Assembly (NCBI GenBank): GCA_965214935.1
Contig: CBDCCS010000001.1
Location: 64,001-128,000 of the forward strand
Length of the DNA stretch: 64,000 nt
Direction of reading: 5' to 3'
Source of the DNA: Candidatus Velthaea sp.
GTDB taxonomy: Bacteria; Vulcanimicrobiota; Vulcanimicrobiia; Vulcanimicrobiales; Vulcanimicrobiaceae
In this document: piece after piece, positions 59,797 to 64,000 of the stretch
Numbering within the stretch: the first letter of the stretch is position 1
Layout: the number at the start of each line of letters is the position of its first letter
Made by a program: the position numbers and the translations under genes
The notes under the pieces: model-generated
Seen by the model: only the letters and a program-made list of their open reading frames with translations
Databases searched by the model: none
Told to the model about the DNA's origin: nothing

Positions 59797-61608
59797 TTAG
59801 GGCGCGATCGTCGCGTCTTCGCGAACGAGCGTGAGCCATGGATTGTAGTATGGATCGGGGGTGCCGGCGATGTTCCAACGTCTGCGCATGCGCGCAACCT
59901 CTTCTTCGTTGCGAGCGTGACGCTGTGCATCGCCGTTCAGGCCGCGCGAAATCGATTCATGATGGATGAGCCGCACGTGCGGCAGGTAGACGGCGCGATA
60001 ACCCAGCGACCGTAAGCGCAGGCACAGATCGACGTCGTTCCAAGCGACCGGCAGAGTCTCGTCGAACCCGCCGGCCGATTCGAACGTCCGACGCCGGATC
60101 ATCAAACAGGCCGCGGTGATTGCGGAGTAATTCGTAACGGTCTGCACGGCATCGTAATAGCCGCCGGCGGTCCCCGGCAAGCGCTTGAAGATGTGTCCGG
60201 CAAGGCCGCCGATTCCGGTTACGACGCCCGCATGCTGGATGCGGCCGTCCGGATACAGCAGCAGCGCTCCGACCGCGCCCACGCCGTCGCGTTGCGCGTA
60301 CTCGAGCAACGCCTCGATCCAATCCGGCGACACGATCTCGGTATCGTTATTGAGGAAGATAACGTACGGCGATTCGCACGTGCGAACGGCCGCGTTGTTC
60401 AAGGCTGAAAAGTTAAACGGCCGGTCGTCGTGCATGACCCCAAAGCGCGCCGGCTCTTTTGCGGTCCACGCCGCAATGAGGCTGTGCGTCGCGGCTTCAA
60501 TGCTGCCGTTGTCGACGAGCAAAACATTGAAGCAGCCGTAGGTCGAACGCGAGAAGATCGACTCGAGGCACCGGCTTACAATGTCGGCTTTGTCGCGCGT
60601 TGGAATGATGACCGTAACTGCCGCGTCGTTCGATCGCTCGAAGCGTACTTCATACCGGCCGGCCGATCCATCGACGGCCCGGACCGTACCGGGCTCTCCC
60701 CTCCGTTCGAGCGTCTCGCGAAGCGCCCGGATCGCGGCGTCGCGAGCATACGGCTTCGCGTCCGGCTTCGCCGCCGCCGAGCCCGGATGCGCTCGCCAGT
60801 GATACAGAACGTCGGGCACATGAACGATTCGCGCAGTGATTTCGCTGACCCGTAATACGAGGTCGTAATCTTGACTGCCGTCAAAGTCGCTACGCATGCG
60901 ACCCGCCGCTTCGACTAGCGAACGGCGTATGGCCAAAAAGTGCCCGATATACATCTTTCCGAGCAGCGTTTCGGGCGACCAGTCCGGTTTAAAGTACGGA
61001 TCGAACCGGTGCTCCCGGTCGTCGTCGATTTTATCTTCGTCGGAATACATGAGACCGACGAACGGGTCGGCCGCGGCAACGACGGCAAATCGATACAGCG
61101 CGTGCGGCGCGAGTATGTCGTCGTGGTCGAGAAAGGCAACAAAATCACCGTCCGCAAGGCTAAGCGCCGCATTGGTGGCGGCGGCGATGCCGCCGCGCTT
61201 GGCTTGCCGAACCACGCGAATGCGCGGGTCGCCGGCAGCTTCATCCAAGCATGCGACGACGGCTGCATCTTGCGACGCGTCGTCCGCGATGCAAAGTTGC
61301 CAATGCGGATAGACTTGTGCGCGCACCGAGGCGATTGCCTCGCGTAAAAATGCGGTCGGCGGATCGCAAACCGGCAGGCAAATTGAAAATACCGGCGTCT
61401 CGCGCAATAATGCAACGATCCGTTGCATTTCGAGCAGCTCGTGCGGGCGGGGCGACTTGAGCGCAATCCAGACGTCGTACGGATCGGGCGGCGGTATCGA
61501 CATGAGTTCGAGGAGCCGCCCGATCCCCGCACGCCGCATACCGGCTCCAATTTTCTGCAAGAAACGCCGGGCGATGTAGCGCGGCCGCAGCAGCGTGCGC
61601 ACTTTCAT
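59797..61608 (-). CDS. Tandem GT2-GT2 glycosyltransferase
   Basis: LCIADDAS, LDHDD, FKPDW, FLNNDT, NDVD; the ATG at 61608 overlaps the upstream TGA. Confidence 0.92.
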   Translation of the reverse strand: MKVRTLLRPRYIARRFLQKIGAGMRRAGIGRLLELMSIPPPDPYDVWIALKSPRPHELLEMQRIVALLRETPVFSICLPVCDPPTAFLREAIASVRAQVYPHWQLCIADDASQDAAVVACLDEAAGDPRIRVVRQAKRGGIAAATNAALSLADGDFVAFLDHDDILAPHALYRFAVVAAADPFVGLMYSDEDKIDDDREHRFDPYFKPDWSPETLLGKMYIGHFLAIRRSLVEAAGRMRSDFDGSQDYDLVLRVSEITARIVHVPDVLYHWRAHPGSAAAKPDAKPYARDAAIRALRETLERRGEPGTVRAVDGSAGRYEVRFERSNDAAVTVIIPTRDKADIVSRCLESIFSRSTYGCFNVLLVDNGSIEAATHSLIAAWTAKEPARFGVMHDDRPFNFSALNNAAVRTCESPYVIFLNNDTEIVSPDWIEALLEYAQRDGVGAVGALLLYPDGRIQHAGVVTGIGGLAGHIFKRLPGTAGGYYDAVQTVTNYSAITAACLMIRRRTFESAGGFDETLPVAWNDVDLCLRLRSLGYRAVYLPHVRLIHHESISRGLNGDAQRHARNEEEVARMRRRWNIAGTPDPYYNPWLTLVREDATIAP

Positions 61609-64000
61609 ATGCGCAACGAAAAGTCTTCTGCCTCGACCGTCAAATTCGGATTGTAATAGGGATCGCGACTTGACGGCGCGGGCCAGCGCATTCGAACGTA
61701 GGCGATCTCTTCCATCGCGCGCCGGATTTTCGCCGGTGTATCGTCGCCGCCGCGCGTTTTTGATTCGAAGTGGAAGAGCCGCACGTACGGCAGGTACAGG
61801 CTGCGAAAGCCGGCGGCATCGAGCCGCAGGCACAAATCCACGTCGTTGAACGCGACGGAAAGCGCCTCGTCGAAACCGCCGACGGCGACGAATTTTTTGC
61901 GCTCCACCATCATACATGCGGCGGTCACGGCACTGTAATTCGTCGGCGCTTGCAGAGCACCGAAGTAGCCCGGAGATTGCGCTGACAGGAAGCGGTGTGC
62001 ATGTCCGCCGAGCCCAAGGATCCCGAGCACGATACCGCTGTGCTGCACGGTTTCATCAGGATAGAGCAACAGCGCGCCGACCGCTCCGGTGTGCGGACGC
62101 GCTGCCGCTTCGAGCAAAGACTCGATCCAGTCGTCGGTGATAACGACGGTATCGTTGTTCAAAAACAGCAAAAATTCAGCCGACGCCGCCTCGACGGCCA
62201 AATTGTTGAGGCGTGAGTAATTAAACGCAAAGTCGGCGAGCAGAACGCGAAAGCGGTCGGGTTCGCGCCGCCGCCAGTGCCCGAGTAGTTCGGCCGTCGA
62301 ACTCTCGCGGCTTGCGTTGTCGACGACGAGTACCTCGAAGTTCTTGAAGGTCGAACGCGTAAAAATCGAGTCGAGACACGCGCCGAGCAGTTCGGCGCGA
62401 TCGCGCGTCGGAATGACGATCGTAACGCGCTCGTCGCCGCGTAGCGCATAACGGACGGCGAAATGCTCGGACCCCGCTGCCGGGAGCGCAACGACGCGAG
62501 CCGCTTCACCGCGCCGAGTTAGGGCGTCGGTGATCGCCCGGCGGACAAGTGCGCCGCGCGCAGCTTCGGCCGGCTTGCGATGGTACAATACGCGCGCTTC
62601 ATGAACGATCGATGGTGCCGAATCGCTCAAGCGCAACAACGCGTCGTACCACTTAGCCGCGCCGAGTTCACCGCGTAAGCCGCCGATGCGCTCGAGCGCG
62701 GCAACGCGGACCATACATGGGCGGCCGATATAATCGCGCGACAAAAGCGTCTCGGGCGACCAGTCCGGTTTCATGTGCGGCAGACGAAAGCCGCCGCGAT
62801 CGTCGATCTCATCTTCATCTGCATAGAAGACATCGAGATTGGGATCGACATTGACGGCCAACGCGCAAGCGAACAGCGCATCGGCTTCGAGCAGATCGCC
62901 GCCGTCGACGACGAGGGCGAACGCGGCCGTCGACGTCGCTGCGAGCAGCGTCTGCGCGGCGGTCGTAACGCTCACTCGTTCATCGCAGGCAGAGGCCGCA
63001 ACAACCGCCGCGGAGAGTGCCGACGGTAATCGCTCCGAGACGAGAACGTGCGCGTGCCAATCGCGCCAAATTTGCGCGCGTAACGAGCGTAGTGTCGTGT
63101 CGAAAGCAGCTGCATCGCACGCATCGACCGTCACGAAGATATCAAACGACGGACGCTGCGTCAGGACGGCGGCCATCGCGTTCAACCGAACGATGTCCGC
63201 ATCGCGCAATGCATGCCGCTCGCGCCACAAGAAGTACGGATCGCCGACCGCGCTGAGCTCGGCCGCCGCCGTTTCGGGCGCAATCTGCGGCAACAAATCC
63301 TCGCCCTTGAAACGCAGCTTCTTCTTAAGCGCAAACCAGGCGTTCCGGATTTGCCAGAAACGGCTTTGCTGCATGGCGATGATGACGCTACGCTGCCGCC
63401 GCACGACGGGGTACAAGTACGCGACTTGAGCCAACGCGCGCTCGCGCGAACGGCCGTCGTCGAGCGCTGCCAGATTGTCGACGACCGCGTCGACGCCGGC
63501 GAGCGCGACGTCCCAGCCGACCGCGTCCGCACGCAACGGCCCGATGACGCGGCAGCGCGGAATGATTCCGCCGCCTAGAGTCGCGACGAGAGCGTCATAT
63601 TCGGCTTGGTCGCGTAGGAGAAAAGCGCGCGCGCTCGCTAAACGCTCGCGCACGACGCGCGCAAAGCGCAACGGATCGCGATCGAGCTGCGGCATCACGA
63701 TCGCCCGCTCGCCGACAAAGGGCAACGCCTGCAGCGTCGTACCGGCGTTGTACGGCGTAAAGATAAACGCATCGTACGCGTCGGCCACCCGCCGCAGGTG
63801 CGCGAGCAGGCCCGGACTGCGCACGCCTTCGTTGAGAAAGATTTCATCGGCTTGCGACGACCGGCGATCGGACGACGTCAACTCCAGCAGCGCGCGACTG
63901 TAAGCCGGCCGGTCGCGCGGTTCGACGCGAAAGCGCTCGATGGCAAACGGCTCGCTAAGATCGCTTCCGCTGCGATAATAATTATCGCCCCAATCATCGG
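61605..64000 (-). CDS. Multidomain glycosyltransferase (GT4-like N-half, degenerate GT2, GT2); start lies beyond the window
   Basis: Frame open to the window edge (DDWGDNYY...ERFRV); YDAFIFTPY...T; C-terminal GT2 FLNNDT, QHSG, NDVD. Confidence 0.85.
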   Translation of the reverse strand, partial: DDWGDNYYRSGSDLSEPFAIERFRVEPRDRPAYSRALLELTSSDRRSSQADEIFLNEGVRSPGLLAHLRRVADAYDAFIFTPYNAGTTLQALPFVGERAIVMPQLDRDPLRFARVVRERLASARAFLLRDQAEYDALVATLGGGIIPRCRVIGPLRADAVGWDVALAGVDAVVDNLAALDDGRSRERALAQVAYLYPVVRRQRSVIIAMQQSRFWQIRNAWFALKKKLRFKGEDLLPQIAPETAAAELSAVGDPYFLWRERHALRDADIVRLNAMAAVLTQRPSFDIFVTVDACDAAAFDTTLRSLRAQIWRDWHAHVLVSERLPSALSAAVVAASACDERVSVTTAAQTLLAATSTAAFALVVDGGDLLEADALFACALAVNVDPNLDVFYADEDEIDDRGGFRLPHMKPDWSPETLLSRDYIGRPCMVRVAALERIGGLRGELGAAKWYDALLRLSDSAPSIVHEARVLYHRKPAEAARGALVRRAITDALTRRGEAARVVALPAAGSEHFAVRYALRGDERVTIVIPTRDRAELLGACLDSIFTRSTFKNFEVLVVDNASRESSTAELLGHWRRREPDRFRVLLADFAFNYSRLNNLAVEAASAEFLLFLNNDTVVITDDWIESLLEAAARPHTGAVGALLLYPDETVQHSGIVLGILGLGGHAHRFLSAQSPGYFGALQAPTNYSAVTAACMMVERKKFVAVGGFDEALSVAFNDVDLCLRLDAAGFRSLYLPYVRLFHFESKTRGGDDTPAKIRRAMEEIAYVRMRWPAPSSRDPYYNPNLTVEAEDFSLRI

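Noticed and set aside
59648..59878. Small minus-strand ORF between the GT2 and flippase genes
   Set aside because: It overlaps the GT2 3' end, has no RBS or motif, and shows low-information composition.

Overview
GC-rich bacterial chromosomal window with no phage, CRISPR array, intact IS element, rRNA or tRNA recognised. A TonB-dependent outer-membrane receptor occurs together with a Firmicute/Actinobacteria-type SOS locus (lexA, GAAC-N4-GTTC boxes, yneA-like LysM gene). This suggests a diderm Terrabacteria lineage such as Eremiobacterota/Vulcanimicrobiota (inference). The left half (1-31 kb) is mostly housekeeping: dusB, coaX, coaBC, lexA, sucCD, acyl-CoA dehydrogenase/hbd/thiolase, a CDF exporter, gmd/rmd, dacB, lysine 5,6-aminomutase kamDE, rfbD and an ECF sigma/anti-sigma operon. 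The right half (32-64 kb) is a large surface-glycan locus: ugd, uxs, epimerases, methyltransferases, a split transketolase, a sulfotransferase-like gene, DUF4915, two GT-C-like membrane proteins, Wzm/Wzt, a flippase and four paralogous tandem-GT2 enzymes. The most notable observations are: (i) an 8-gene coupled operon that looks like an unusual-sugar synthesis and lipid-carrier transfer module with degenerate catalytic motifs, plus a second parallel module; (ii) a recurring GW..RxDV..GF Ig-like domain in five genes; (iii) two paralogous small membrane peptides, one missed by the ORF track; (iv) a structured ~270-nt sucC leader; (v) a Y-shaped palindromic element with decayed tandem repeats and a ~1-kb zone of strand-skewed synonymous codons; (vi) an internally deleted Uma2 remnant behind an SOS-like box. 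All calls come from motif recognition by eye; no database search was run.
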